Origin: Anthoceros angustus
Taxonomy: Eukaryota; Plantae; Anthocerotophyta
Assembly: GCA_010909165.1 (NCBI GenBank)
Contig: MU008172.1
Coordinates: forward strand, 806,001-870,000
Length of the DNA stretch: 64,000 bases
Direction of reading: 5' to 3'
Numbering within the stretch: the first letter of the stretch is position 1; each line of letters opens with the position of its first letter. The notes beneath the pieces were generated by a model. The model saw nothing but the letters and a program-made list of their open reading frames with translations, did not search any database and was not told the DNA's origin. Both the position numbers and the translations under genes were made by a program. Shown one piece after another: positions 34,640 to 47,364 of the stretch.

Positions 34640-36254
34640 ATGGCCAAGTTGCTGGTGTGCTTGAGCTTGCTCCTGGCATGCATGAGCGTGCCACTGGGAG
34701 CCCTGGCAGCTTCCAAGGAGTACTCCGAGCGAGAACTGACGCTGCAGCAGCCCAAGGAGGCCGAAATCAAGTCCGACGGCGGGTGGGTGGAGGTGTGGAC
34801 CACGGCCGGCGACGAGCCCCTGAAAGATGTCAATCTGGGGTTTGCTCGGATTAGGCTCGAGGAGCGCGGCCTGATTCTGCCCAAGTACGCCGACTCCTCT
34901 ATCCTGGGCTACGTCCTGCGAGGAGAGGGAGTCGCTGGCCTGGTGTCTGGATATTCCTTGTCGGAGACGGCCAGGCGGCTGAAGCGCGGCGACGTCATCA
35001 GCATCCCTTACGGCGCGCCGTACTGGATTTACAACAGCGGGAAGGAGGAGCTTGAGATCGTGGCCATTTCTGACACCTCCAGGGCAGCCAGGCCCGGGGA
35101 ATACACGGTGCGTGGGGATCCCAAGCATGAATGTCGGGAATTCAATGCTGTGATTCGTTTCGATTGATTTGATTGCGTGCTGCGAGGGCTGCAGGCCTTT
35201 CATCTGGCTGGAGCGAAGGAGGATCACCACGGGGCCGTGTTGCACGGATTCAGCAAACGGCTGCTGGCGGACGCGTGGGACGTGAAGGTGGATAGGGTGG
35301 AGAAGCTGCTGAGCAAGCAGTCGGGAGTGGGGATTGTGCGCGTGGAGAAGGATCTGGGGATCAACCCCAGCGATGAGGCCGCGGCTGAGGGCGAGTCCCA
35401 GAACGGCGGGCGGCGCCAGGACGAGTTCGTCTTCAGCTTGCGCGAGTCGGCACCTGAAGTGAGCGTGAAGAACGGCGGCCAGCTCTTCTCCGTAAACCGC
35501 TTCAAGCTTTCCCTGCTCGAGAGGACCCGGCTGGGTGCCAACTACAACAGGCTGGAGCCAGTGAGTGCCTGCGACGCCAAGTCTTGCGTATCTGCAATTC
35601 GATCTCTGTAGTGTTTGTCGTCTTTAATTGTGTGCGAATGCACTATGACTCTGCAGAGAGCCTTGAGTGCGCCATCCTGGTTCCCAAACGCGGATCACAT
35701 CATCTACTTCACCAAGGGGTCCGGTCGCCTGGAGATTGTGAGCCACGACGGGAGGAGGTTGCTGGAAGCCGAAGTCAAGGAAGGTGAAGCTTATTTCCAG
35801 CCTCAATTCTTCGCGTCCATCAAGGCGGCGGGCAATGAAGGCCTGGAATGGATTGCTTTGTTCAACCACGACCTGTAAGACGACATATCACACAACACCT
35901 TGTTTTACTTGAATCAGTGTATGGAATTTTGCCCCGACCTTGCCCGCCCCGACCTTGCCCGCCCCGACCTTGCCCGCAAGTAGTTCTGTCCTGACCTGAC
36001 CTGATTGTTGCAGGCCAATTCCCGAGGCGCTGGCTGGAAGCACCTCCGTTTACAAGCGCATTCCCCTTGAGGTGGTGGCAGCAGCCTTCAACATCGACGA
36101 AGATTTGGAGCGCGAGTTCCGTGATCGTCGCCGCGAGCACTCTCTCATCCTTCCGGCCCCCGAAGAGGAGGAAAGTGAAAGTGAAGACAGCGCCATTCTT
36201 GAAAAAATTGAGGAAATGATTGCTCGTTTTGTCAAGTCCGACAACAGCAACTGA
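34640..36254 (+). CDS. Legumin-like (11S-type) bicupin with N-terminal signal peptide, 4 exons
   Basis: MAKLLVCLSLLLACMSVPLGALA leader. Cupin 1 LPKYADSSILGYVLRGEGVAGLV...GDVISIPYG. Cupin 2 KNGG...SAPSW...QPQFF...GLEW. Confidence 0.88.
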
Positions 36255-36557
36255 AAGTAGCCCGCCTGTATGGGTTCTAACTTTCAAAGTTAATGTGACA
36301 CACACTTTATTTCTTTTTACACAGAATATTAGGTAAAATACATTGTATGAGTCAATACGAGAATATTCCACGCACGAAAACATTCCCTTACGAGATGTGT
36401 AAGAATTCGCATCTTACCCATCCTGCGTAAGGGACTTGTCAAAAAGTCCTAATCCCACGCCCATCAGTTGGAAGCAAAACCAGCTCGCGCCAATCCCTTA
36501 ATTCCTTGCATTCCCAGATCAATGCCTAACCTCACCTCTATATCCCCGACACTACCT

Positions 36558-38231
36558 CTATATCCCCGACACTACCTCTATATCCCCCCTGGGTGGAGTG
36601 GGAGAGATCCAATTGTCCGCCCTGTTGTTTTCATCCAATGTTCTCAATGGTGCTAGAGTAGCACGATATATAAACGCCGTACCACCTGGCAACAAACAAC
36701 AGGCGTCACAACTGGCACCATCCGCCACGAAAACGTAAATGTAGCAGCACCCATTCAAAAACACACTCAAACATCGGGACTCACAGTCTACTGAGGTAAT
36801 GGGAGGAAAATGTTGGTGATACACGATAGACGCAACCGTTAGACCTGCACATTCGGCAAGACTGATAAGAAGTTGTCCACAATATTTCCCCACTGTCAAG
36901 GTAAACCTATGTGGCAGCCCTTACCAAGCAGTCCTCCCACCAGCACGTCTTGCCAGTGGTGCCAATAGTCAGCCACTCGAGAAGCCGCAACCAACGAGGC
37001 CAGTAACAGCGGGAACAAAACAATCGGCAATTTGAAGGTGTGGCCCTGCTTGTCATAGACACCTAGCTTTCCCGCCAAATACCAGGACAAATAGCCAAGG
37101 CCTGCAAACGACCCTGAAAGCAGAATATGGACTTAGCAGCTGCAGGCCTTATTGCCTCTCAAACAGAACACTTATATCATGTTCGGAGCATGTAGGATAG
37201 CTTAACTGGCACCATCATTCTAAGCACGTTACAATTCCCTAAGCTAGAACAGCTGTGATTACTAGTTGAACACATCATCAGAGGCAGTCAATCAGCACGC
37301 ACAACTGCATCATAAGGACCTGAGAAAAACTTACAAGAGGAATGCCCGCTTGGGAAGCTTTTGTAGCCTTCTTTGATAACCTTGCTGTCAGCAAGAGGGT
37401 CGCAAAGAACATTTCCAGTAACAGGATGAAAGGTCTGCACGAAAACGCACGTCTGTAAGATAGCCGTACCAATGCAAATACTGGCTCCGCTACCAATTTA
37501 TCCACAAAGAAGTGGCATCCAGGTGTATACCCAGGAATTCCAAGGTCCATAGGGAAAGCAACGTCTCAAAAAATCTGGTCTTGGACGGCCCACAACATCC
37601 TTAATGGCATCCGTGAGTACCGCAGTGAGAGCAATCGTAAACACCAGACCTGACAAGCACAGCAGTAGAGTTCCCGGATGAGTCCTGGTTTTGGAAGCCT
37701 GTCGCACTCAGATAGGTGCACAACAGTCGGTCCAGAATCGTGAAAACCTGGATGCTAACTAGGACAGTGGTATTCTCACCAAGTATGGCATGGTGAAAAT
37801 CTCGGACGTTCCGCCTCGCTACAAACACGACGCTCATTACCGCCAATGGTAGGAGAAACGCAATAACCTATCACATGAACAGCAAGCATCACAGGTTAAC
37901 CCTTACAGACAGAGTCTAAAGGTTAGGTCAAAAGTGGAACCCTCGACATTCGTGGTGCAATGCACACGGCCCTGGCCATGGCCAGCATCCCTGGTAGCAG
38001 AAGCCTTACCGGTACGGCCCAGAACGGGACAGTGTTCTTCTTGAGTGGATAGGAAATAGTGTCGGTCAAAAACGTGTTGATATATCGATGATAGGGCTCG
38101 ATAACATTGAGGACGATGTCGAGGACTACTAGCACCACGAAGATGATCCAGTCATGGAAGTGAAACCGGAGCAAATGACTGATCTTGTCCTTCCGCGGCC
38201 CGTCGGACGCATCGCCGTTCGAATTATACAT
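36558..38231 (-). CDS. Lipid phosphate phosphatase (PAP2 family), 7 exons
   Basis: Three PAP2 motifs [21 protein letters not shown] and [14 protein letters not shown]-terminal HFHDW and YPLKKNTVP. Confidence 0.93.
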
Positions 38232-39102
38232 ATTTACTGCCTGATACCAATCCCCTGCATCGAAAGACAAAAATGCAAGCCAAGCAATGGGGAAGCACAC
38301 CCCTCGCAGCAGGCCTTCATCCACAATCGGAGGTAGCAGACACGACTGTTTCAGCTCAGCAGGAGGTGGTGCTACCTTCACCGACTGCTGTCGCCTCAGA
38401 ATCCAGCTGCCGAAGTCCTGAACCACCAGATGGAGAAGAGCGCATCCCAGTGCTGTGGCGCGGCGGAAGGAGACGAGGGGCTGGAGCCGCAACGGATCGC
38501 GCCGACGAGGAAGCGCGGATCCGTGCAGCACAATCAGAGTATCCACGACCGCGTTGGCCACCCGCGGTGGAGTCTTCGATCGGCCTGCCCTTCGCCTGCT
38601 GGGGAAGGTGTCGCGCGGGTCCACCTCCCCTCCAGCTCGAAACGGGTCACTCTCTCAAGGCCTAGTCTGCCTCGAGATCAACCGATCAACTTACCTGGTT
38701 TCGTCTTCGGAAGGCGCCAAAATCGTTTGACCAGCGCAAGGTACATACGAACCTGCTACAATCGCGGGAGCCGGTGCAGGGAAAACGATGAGGTGGTGCA
38801 CTGGTGGTCCCATTGAAACCGGCCGGCCCTAACTGCCAGCCATGGGCTCTATGGGTTCGTCGCTCCCTGCCCATGTGTTCCTTTCCCTCTAAGTTATAGC
38901 AATATATTGGCCACGTTGTGGCCCGTTCTGCCGGGGTGTTGCGTGAGATATCTTTCTTCATTTAGACGAGATTGCGTGGAATCTCTCTTTCTACCTACTC
39001 TAGACACCTAGGTAGAGATGCATGCAAGAAGTCTAAACAGCAGAGATTAGTGCCACTCCTGTCGGCGACACTGGAATACATAGAACCTCGTGTTCCAGTC
39101 CT

Positions 39103-41961
39103 CTAACAAGGCCAGAGATCTCCCCATCTCGACTTCCTAGCCTGCAGGTAAAGGGCACGCTTGCCGCTGCGGACAGCCACCAGGCGCTGCAGCTGGCCTC
39201 GGGATGGATCGCCCTCAGCCGCCGAGCATACGTCAAGGATTACGTGCCCACCGCGTTTCAGGGGAGGATGCACAATCCTTGCCCATCCACCGCCCACGTC
39301 TGCTGACTCTTTCGCATCATGGGCTGTGCCGCCAGCGAAACCACCCTGGTTCACGTCGTTCTTCCCACCAGGTACATCTGCATCGGCAGCATCCACGAAA
39401 CCCCGATCGAGCTCCGGTTTGCTCGCACCTTTCCGGGCATCATCTCCCTGGGTGGTGCGGACCTCCCCTGCAGCGTCACCCTCTACTTCCAAGCTCAGAT
39501 CCAGACCGGGGTACAGATCATCTGCATCGTCTCCCTCCAGAAAGCTGTCATCGTCGGCAGCTGCGGGAACTACAATTTTAATATGCATACGAAGGCAGGT
39601 AACTAGATCATGGACGTGTAATCCTGCTAATGCGCAACATCCAAAAACCTACCATCCCGTGGCAAGTGTTGGCCCAAGCTATTGGCGTCGCTTTCATCAT
39701 CGTCAGGTGCTTCATGGGCCAACGTTGTCATAGGCCATGGTACCCTGAACCGACAGCAAGAGAATGTACATCAGAAGTGAATCGGCTATACAGTGAATGC
39801 AGACAACCGTAGAAGGACAAAATGATCAGTGGTGGATGTTACTTGGGTCGGCTGCCGTGTCGAAGGACAACGAAAGAGAACTTCTCATCCTCGTAGGCAC
39901 GAAGAGCCGATTTTGTGACTCGCTGCGGCATGCATGCAGTTCAGTGAAAATACAAGACAAACCGATGCAGGTATCAGAACAAACTCAGAGCAAGGCCACA
40001 TTACCTTTGAAACACGTTGGGACATTGTTCGCTCCAGCCTCTGAGCAAAATGGCACCACTTCCCAGACTTCGCCATTGGACAGGACCCATCATGTGCGCA
40101 CTGTTTTGTCAAAGGACATCAGTACGTGTCCGTCTCAGAGCTTTTATTGCGGGCACACACTTCCTCCATCACAACGGAACCACATTGCAGGAGAGTTGTT
40201 AGAAACCCGCATCCAAGGCTGAACTCTTACAGGAGCCACGACAAAAGCACCTCCCCTCCCAACTTCTCCGGCAGATGGTGGATGGGCTTCATCCATCAAA
40301 CCCCCTTCCCGAACACTACCACTATCCTCAACCTTCTTCAGCTTCCTCATTTTCTGCACCCAACAGAATTTGTAACTTGATCTGTAAAGGATGGTGACAA
40401 AGGAAGAAAGACTTCGGACGAAAGATTCCCAACAGTGCCATAAAGCTAGCACACAATACCCTCTTTTCCAGGTGGAGAATATGATCTCTCATTTCCTGGA
40501 TGACATTGAAACCTTCAGGTGTGCCTGGCTCAATCAGCACCTACATCATGCACCGCAGCAGATATTGCAGGTTTCTTTACTGGATAACAAACCTATAAGA
40601 AAAAAGTCACATTCCCCAGGAAACAAAGTAAGGTGAAACCTTACAAGAACGTCCTGGGTAAGAAACCAGAGCTGTCGCACAGCGGAGATCCTCTCAGCCA
40701 TTGTTGGCAGTTCTCCAAGAGCATAAGACTGTAAAAATTGTGTCATCGAAATCAGGGGAGTACAGCAATTGGGGCACTGACATCGCAGGAGGGGACAGCA
40801 AAATTCATCCAGCAGAACAAGACATTCTTGTAGTCCTCACTAGAAGAGAATCTGGTGACATACACTGATAACCATGTCATGTGAGCGACTCCCCAGTTTC
40901 ACAGTTCTCAGCAATGTCTGGAGGCTGGCGTAGCTCTTTACGGTGGGTAGACCCTCCTGATCTTGTCAAATGACACAGATTTGAGTAGAATTCACCACAC
41001 AAATTCATGCATCATGTAATGATCCACCTCAAGAAGCTTGAAGGGTAACACATCCACGTAGCTATTGTAACAATACAAGTGACACGCCCTAGTGATTGGA
41101 CAACTAAAACTGACAGTACAAGCTAGCACTCGGAGGTAGCGAATACCTTTCAGAAGGGCTCGACAAGCATCAGCCATGGCTGGAGAACGTTCCACAAGGT
41201 TGACATACTTAACAGTGTCCGGCCAAACGCCTCTCATTGCCCTGATCCACCATCACGACAGTGTAAGAGCAGAAGCTAAATGCGATGCAGGTCTCAAGAA
41301 GTACAAGGTAGACGCATTACCAGAGGCAAGTTCCCGGGCCAGACCCATAATCCAAAACAGTTGAGGGTTTGAAGTCTGGCTGCCGACGGGCTAGCTGTAG
41401 GCAGAACGTGTTAGAGCACCATCTCCCATCCTTTCCCCACATCAATAGCAAACGAAATGCCGCCTGCAGCTAATTCGATACCTCAGCAAACACTCGGTGA
41501 ATTGCAGCGTAGACAGCTGGCATCCGAGCAGCTACATACGCAAGCGTCTGGTGAGATTCGTACTTAACGGATGCTTGCAGTGGCGGAGGCTTGTCCTTCC
41601 AGTCGTGCGCGACGAACTCGGCGGCAGCCAGCTGCACGTGAGGCGGGGAGTCCGACTCATACGTGCTGCCCACCTGCCTGCCCGCCAATTTCCTGTCCCG
41701 CATGCTCATAGCCAGGCGCGCAACGCTCCTCTTCACATCTTGGGACGAATGGTCTGGGGCAGCACAGCCGTGAGGAGGAGCCAATTCGCATTTCACGACC
41801 CGAATTAGCAGCGGATTAGCAGCACCCTTACCAGCCAGGAAGGAAGATATCGCCTCCTGCAGGGCCTGCGGCAGCCGCACGAGGCCGGGCGACTGTACCG
41901 CGGCCGACCGAAGCCCGGCGAGCGTGAACGCCTTGTGAAACGTCTCGCCGGCTGCCGCCAT
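39103..41961 (-). CDS. RSM22: Mitochondrial small-subunit assembly factor RSM22/METTL17-like methyltransferase, multi-exon
   Basis: YVAARMPAVYAA, VLDYGSGPGT (SAM motif), IEPGTPEG, APCAHDGSCPM...CHFAQRLER, KRGGHVILDVC, ARKSRWGDLWP. Confidence 0.9.
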
Positions 41962-42577
41962 GGAGATGCCGGGTGCGAGTTTTCCAGTTTGCGAGTTTTA
42001 GGATTAGGCAACTTGAACTTTAGGGCGTGAGGCAAAGCAGAAGAAGAAGAAGCAGCAGAGATGAGCAGGCTGTAGCACGCACAGGACGCGTGGCGGCGCG
42101 TGCTGACCGTAGGCTGGTTAATGTGAGGGTTAACAGTCGTGTGTTCCAAGCAGAAGGACTCACTCATAAAACGGGGCGCGTGCGCCAAATCCTTCTCTTC
42201 CTCGCTCTCGGGCAGCAGAGCCTTCTTGCCACCCCGCGTCCGCGTCCCGTGCGTTGCCGATTCCGTTTTCCTTCATCTTCACTCCCTCAACTGGCTTTGA
42301 TTCGCGAGCGTGCATGCCTTGTGTTTTCGTTTGCCTTGGCAAGGCAGGGTAGTGCGGCCTAGCAAATGTTTCATTTCGGCGTGTTATTTTGTTTTTTGAG
42401 AGGCGTCGGCTGGTCATGGAGGGAGGCGGCATGGGCTGGGATTGTGCGTGGAGCTGTCAGCTGAGTTTTTCTTCACGCGATCTTATTGCTGCTGGAGGGA
42501 TGTCTCTGTGGGACGTGTTTGAGTCGTGTTTGAGGTAGAGGATTCCCAGGGATCTGCGGGTTTCGGGCTTCGGGGAC

Positions 42578-44308
42578 ATGATGGACGGTGCGGAACACGG
42601 CCACGACAGGCCGGATGACAGGCAATTGCTCGCCACACTAGGCAGGGCAGGGTACGAGAAGCTGGAGCAGCAAGCAAGTGATGAAAAGCAGCGTGTTGTG
42701 GACAGCCATGGTCTCCGCCCCAGCCCCGTTCAGCACAGCCTGAGGGAGGAGGTGGAAAGTGATTTGAAGAGCAGGCTCGTTCATGTACCGGAGAAACAGG
42801 GATGGAAAAAGCTTCTGGCTTATTTCGGCCCCGGCTTCCTGGTAGCCATAGCTTACATGGATCCAGGGAATTTTGAGAGTGATCTCCAGGCGGGAGCTAA
42901 GTTCAAGTACGAGCTGCTGTGGGTGCTGTTGCTGGCAACCACAGCCGGGTTGTTGATACAGTCGTTGGCGGCCAACTTGGGAGTTGTGACTGGAAGACAT
43001 TTATCAGAGCATTGTCGAGCTGAGTATCCCAGGGAAGTGAATTTTGTGCTGTGGCTTTTGGCGGAAGTTGCAATAGTGGCAAGTGATATTCCTGAAGTTA
43101 TTGGAACAGCCTATGCGTTGAACATGTTATTCCGGCTACCGTTGTGGGTTGGGGTGCTGCTTACGGGCTGCAGTACCCTGCTCTTCCTGGCATTGCAGCA
43201 GTATGGGGTGCGGAAGCTGGAGATGTTCATTTCGTTTCTGGTTTTTGTCATGGCAACCTGCTTCTTTGTTGAGATATATCATGCGAAGCCTTCGGCTCCG
43301 GAGGTAGTGAAGGGGCTCTTCATTCCCACCCTCCAGGGGCAGGGTGCAGCTGCGATAGCCATTTCGCTCATCGGCGCTATGGTGATGCCACATAACCTCT
43401 ACCTTCATTCTGCTTTGGTGCTCACCAGGAAAACTCCCCGAACGCAAGAGGGGATCAAAGATGGCTGCAGGTACAACCTAATCGAGTGCAGCTTTGCCCT
43501 TCTAGTGTCCTTCGTGGTCAACATCGCTGTGGTTGCCGTGAGTGGTGCGGTGTGTGGCAAGCCAGACTTGTCACTTGAGGACGCGACCAGCTGCCAGGAC
43601 CTGGATTTGAACCGTGCTTCATTTCTGCTCCAGAATGTGTTGGGAAGCTGGAGCTCTACTGTGTTTGCCCTGGCACTGCTGGCCTCTGGCCAAAGTTCGA
43701 CAATTACAGGGACATATGCTGGACAGTATGTGATGCAGGGATTTCTGGAGCTGCGGTTTGCCCCTTGGTTGCGAAATATGATGACGAGGTGCGTCGCCAT
43801 CGTGCCTAGCTTGGTAGTTGCCCTGATTGGGGGTGAAAGTGGTGCTGGCAAGCTCATTATCGTGTCTTCCATGATACTTTCCTTCGAGCTGCCTTTCGCA
43901 CTTCTGCCGCTGCTCAAGTTCACCAGCAACCCCGTAAAGATGGGGCCTCATGTGAACCAAATCAAGGTAACACGCTTAACCTGGATGGTGGGCTGTCTCA
44001 TCATATCTATCAATGTGTATTATCTTGGCGATGCCTTCATCCGGTGGATGATAAGCTCGCACTTGCCAACTCTAAGCTTAGTGGCCATAGGAGTCGGTGG
44101 ATTCGCGGCGCTCATTTCTTACGTTGCCTTTATTTTGTACCTGGCAACACGGCAGGATAGCATAGAGACGTACGTGCTACCTCCGATGTCCGAAATGGAG
44201 GAGGTGGGGGGGTACGCCAAAGATTTAGATGCTGACAATCTTGAAAATGGGCCTCTGGTTCTCTCCCAAGTCCAGACTGACAAAGCACAATTTTCACAAC
44301 ACTCTTGA
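42578..44308 (+). CDS. NRAMP metal transporter (NRAMP1/OsNRAMP5-like clade), single exon
   Basis: [44 protein letters not shown] and many TM segments. 576 aa uninterrupted. Confidence 0.96.
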   Translation: MMDGAEHGHDRPDDRQLLATLGRAGYEKLEQQASDEKQRVVDSHGLRPSPVQHSLREEVESDLKSRLVHVPEKQGWKKLLAYFGPGFLVAIAYMDPGNFESDLQAGAKFKYELLWVLLLATTAGLLIQSLAANLGVVTGRHLSEHCRAEYPREVNFVLWLLAEVAIVASDIPEVIGTAYALNMLFRLPLWVGVLLTGCSTLLFLALQQYGVRKLEMFISFLVFVMATCFFVEIYHAKPSAPEVVKGLFIPTLQGQGAAAIAISLIGAMVMPHNLYLHSALVLTRKTPRTQEGIKDGCRYNLIECSFALLVSFVVNIAVVAVSGAVCGKPDLSLEDATSCQDLDLNRASFLLQNVLGSWSSTVFALALLASGQSSTITGTYAGQYVMQGFLELRFAPWLRNMMTRCVAIVPSLVVALIGGESGAGKLIIVSSMILSFELPFALLPLLKFTSNPVKMGPHVNQIKVTRLTWMVGCLIISINVYYLGDAFIRWMISSHLPTLSLVAIGVGGFAALISYVAFILYLATRQDSIETYVLPPMSEMEEVGGYAKDLDADNLENGPLVLSQVQTDKAQFSQHS

Positions 44309-44603
44309 GTGAGGTTGCTAATAGCTTTCCATGATCTGTGATACGGCGTTATTATCCCCAATCAATATGGGACGTTACTCTAAACAAGACGATACGATAA
44401 AAAAGGAGCACATCCTGTAGTTGTGAAGACCATTCCCCAAAAAGATTTCGTGCCAAAGTCACACCCAGGCACCGAAAATTGTAAAATAGCGTTTGCTCGG
44501 TTCCTTCTTGAAGGGAGGAAACAACGCGCACGCACAAGGAAGCCCCTTGACACAGGTCTCTTCCAGGTGCACCTACTGGACGAAACGACTATGAGTGGCC
44601 AAA

Positions 44604-45514
44604 TCATCGCTTGCCACCACCACCTCCAACCTTAGGACCCTTTGGCAAAGCTGCCCTAGATGTGGCAGACTTTCCAGAGCCCTTTTGGGTCTTCGCAACA
44701 GCCTCAGCCTTTTTGGCCTTTTTCTCATCTTTAGTCTTCTTAATACGCTCCTTGATCTCTCTGTCCAAATGAATCCAAGAACTCAGTCTTCCGAAAGCAT
44801 TCGCCATCTGCAGTGCGAGATGATGAACCAAATGACGACAGGAGGCATTTACCTGAGCGCAGCCTCCCGAGCAGCTGCTCGCACCTCCGTCTTCTCTGCC
44901 CGCTTCTTCTGAATAACTTCCAGAGAAGCCCCAACAATAGACCTCGAATACGGCTTACTGGTGGTCCGCCTCTTCTTCTTCACGGCCTCAGCATGGATAT
45001 CCTGACAAAGACACACAGAAACCACCAACATTAAGGTCTCACCCTTGACAGGACAGAGTACCTGATAAGCCTAACCCTACGCTCTTGGTGTTGAACGAGA
45101 CAGAGCAGCCAAGCGCCAAAGAGAGCAGCATCAAAAGCTCACCTTCTTGTGCTGTTTCCTGAACAGCTGGGTCCATGTGAGCTTAGAGGGTTTAAGCCTG
45201 TTATGAAAGTACCTTTTGCACTTGGAATTCACGAACAGAAACACCTGCGAAGTTGAAAATACGTCTCAGAGAGAAAAAAGGAGAGCAGCCCGAACACAGC
45301 AACTTCATTCCAGCAGTCATGTGTCGCACCTGCGAGTCACTGCGGATGAATCTGATACCACGGCCTGGATAGATCTTAGCGCCGCTAAAACGGCAGACCT
45401 CCGTCCTACAGGGCAAAGACAACAAACAAACGTGAACCCGACAAACAAACGAGGATCGAGATCGGAGACGAGACACGGTGTGTTCTGGTATTGCCAAGCT
45501 TACTTGAGCACCAT
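44604..45514 (-). CDS. RPL24: 60S ribosomal protein eL24, 5 exons
   Basis: MVLK|[43 protein letters not shown]-terminal KVGGGGGKR*. Confidence 0.97.
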
Positions 45515-45821
45515 TGTGACCACCCCGGCCGGACAAACACGCCCAGACGACGAGTAACAAGGCGCGCGAAAGAGAGAATGTTTAGGTCAGTGCCCCTATA
45601 TAAGGCAGCCCTAACGGGAGGCGGGGTCACGGCGCCCTTCCGTTATGAACACGGTGAGGAACACGGACATGCTTATGTACAGACATGTGTATATGTATAT
45701 GTTATGCACGTACATAAATCTGTAAGTTTCTTTGAGAAACGGGATTAGGGCACATGTGAGGTTTGCGAAGTCAGGGCGATGGTAGGTTTGTCATTTCACT
45801 GCGAGATGGAGTGAAGGTAGG

Positions 45822-46925
45822 ATGGAGCAGCAGGATGCAGCATGGACGGGGAATTCGAATTCGCACTGTGCGGGAGGCGAGAATGATGTGCTTTTGCCAG
45901 GACTTCCGAATGACCTCGCTCTGCAGTGTTTGGTGAGGGTTCCTCGAAGGTACCTTGCGATTTTGCAAGCGGTGAGCAAGTCGTGGGCTGAATTGCTGGC
46001 CGGCGACTACTTCTACTCGCTCCGCAAAGTGCTGGGCTTGAGCGAGGGATGGCTGTACACTCTGAGCAGAGATCATTTGGGGATGGTCCATTTCCATGTC
46101 CTGGATCCTCACAGACGGAAGTGGAGGGAGCTGCCTGACTTACCTCGAAATTGCCTTTCCCGTTACGGCATGAGCAGCGAGGTTCTGGGAGGGCAGCTCT
46201 ATGTCATGGGAGGGTGCGGGGGAGGGCGCGGCAAGTATCAGAAACCCAGTGCGGAGGTGTATAGGTACAATCCGGTGACTAATCGCTGGACAGAGGTGGC
46301 TCAGATGCAGGAGGCAAGATCCTACTGTGTCAGTGGGGCTTTCCAGGGCCGATTGTACGCAATTGGGGGGATGGGATGTTCTTCCGTTGTTGTCACTTCG
46401 TGGGAGGTTTATGACCCGTTGGCGGATAGCTGGTGCCTGCATCTTGACCGCAATATCGTGCCTGATATACGTGAGCCGCTCGTGTTCGACGGTAAGATCT
46501 ACATCAGGCATGTTTGTCCGGACAATCCTCCGCCCTTCTATGCTGCTTCCTTTGACTCCTCGCAGAATGCATGGTCGCCCGTGGATGACGAGATGGCAAA
46601 GCAGTGGTGTGGGCCGACGACTGTGGTGGCCGACAAGGATGTCTACATGTTGGACCAGACGTATGGGTTGAGGCTCATGAGGCTGGACAGGGGCAAAGGG
46701 TGCTGGAATTTCGTTGGAAGAATCTCTCCTTACACCATTCGCGCCCCTTGTAAAATCGCAACAGTGGGCAATAATCTCTATGTGGTTGGAAGGGGCTTGA
46801 AAACGGTTGTGATCAATGCGGACAACACAGGTGATGGAGGTCTGGGCCTGCTCCTGGCTTCTTCCGTTAGTGGTCTGAAATCGTCAGATGACAAAGTGTT
46901 AAGCTGCAACATTATTGAGCTCTAA
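45822..46925 (+). CDS. F-box/kelch-repeat protein, single exon
   Basis: LLPGLPNDLALQCLVRVP F-box. Kelch repeats LYVMGG...YNPVTNRW and LYAIGG...YDPLADSW. Confidence 0.93.
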   Translation: MEQQDAAWTGNSNSHCAGGENDVLLPGLPNDLALQCLVRVPRRYLAILQAVSKSWAELLAGDYFYSLRKVLGLSEGWLYTLSRDHLGMVHFHVLDPHRRKWRELPDLPRNCLSRYGMSSEVLGGQLYVMGGCGGGRGKYQKPSAEVYRYNPVTNRWTEVAQMQEARSYCVSGAFQGRLYAIGGMGCSSVVVTSWEVYDPLADSWCLHLDRNIVPDIREPLVFDGKIYIRHVCPDNPPPFYAASFDSSQNAWSPVDDEMAKQWCGPTTVVADKDVYMLDQTYGLRLMRLDRGKGCWNFVGRISPYTIRAPCKIATVGNNLYVVGRGLKTVVINADNTGDGGLGLLLASSVSGLKSSDDKVLSCNIIEL

Positions 46926-47364
46926 GCTGCTGTCTGACTCTTCTTTGATTCTATGTACATATCTGGTTCAACCATTGTTGGGATGCAACTCTTGTATATA
47001 TCTGCTCCAACCATTGTTGGGGTGCACAACCTGCAAACTGCAGTTTTTTGTTGGAATGTGTGGACAAAGGCGGTTAACCGCCTGGCCCTGGAGGGCTCAT
47101 CTTTGGAATCGAAACCCACTCGATGCCTCGACCAATTGAAAGCCAGGACATCCAAGGTCATATGGCGCACAGCAATTGGAACACTCCTCAGATAATCTGC
47201 CACCCTTCCGTAATTCAAGGCAACGGAATCCAAAGCTGTAGACAGCTTTGGTACGAGCTTTGTTCTGGCAATGCCCATCTCAGTATGAAAAAGCTTGTTG
47301 AGAGAATCAGAAGACCGAGGCTTGGGTTTAGGGGCAGCACGGACCGGTACGGAACTGCCACACG

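Noticed and set aside
46953-47032. 39-bp direct repeat in the F-box/kelch 3' UTR
   Set aside because: Ordinary two-copy local duplication with no further structure.
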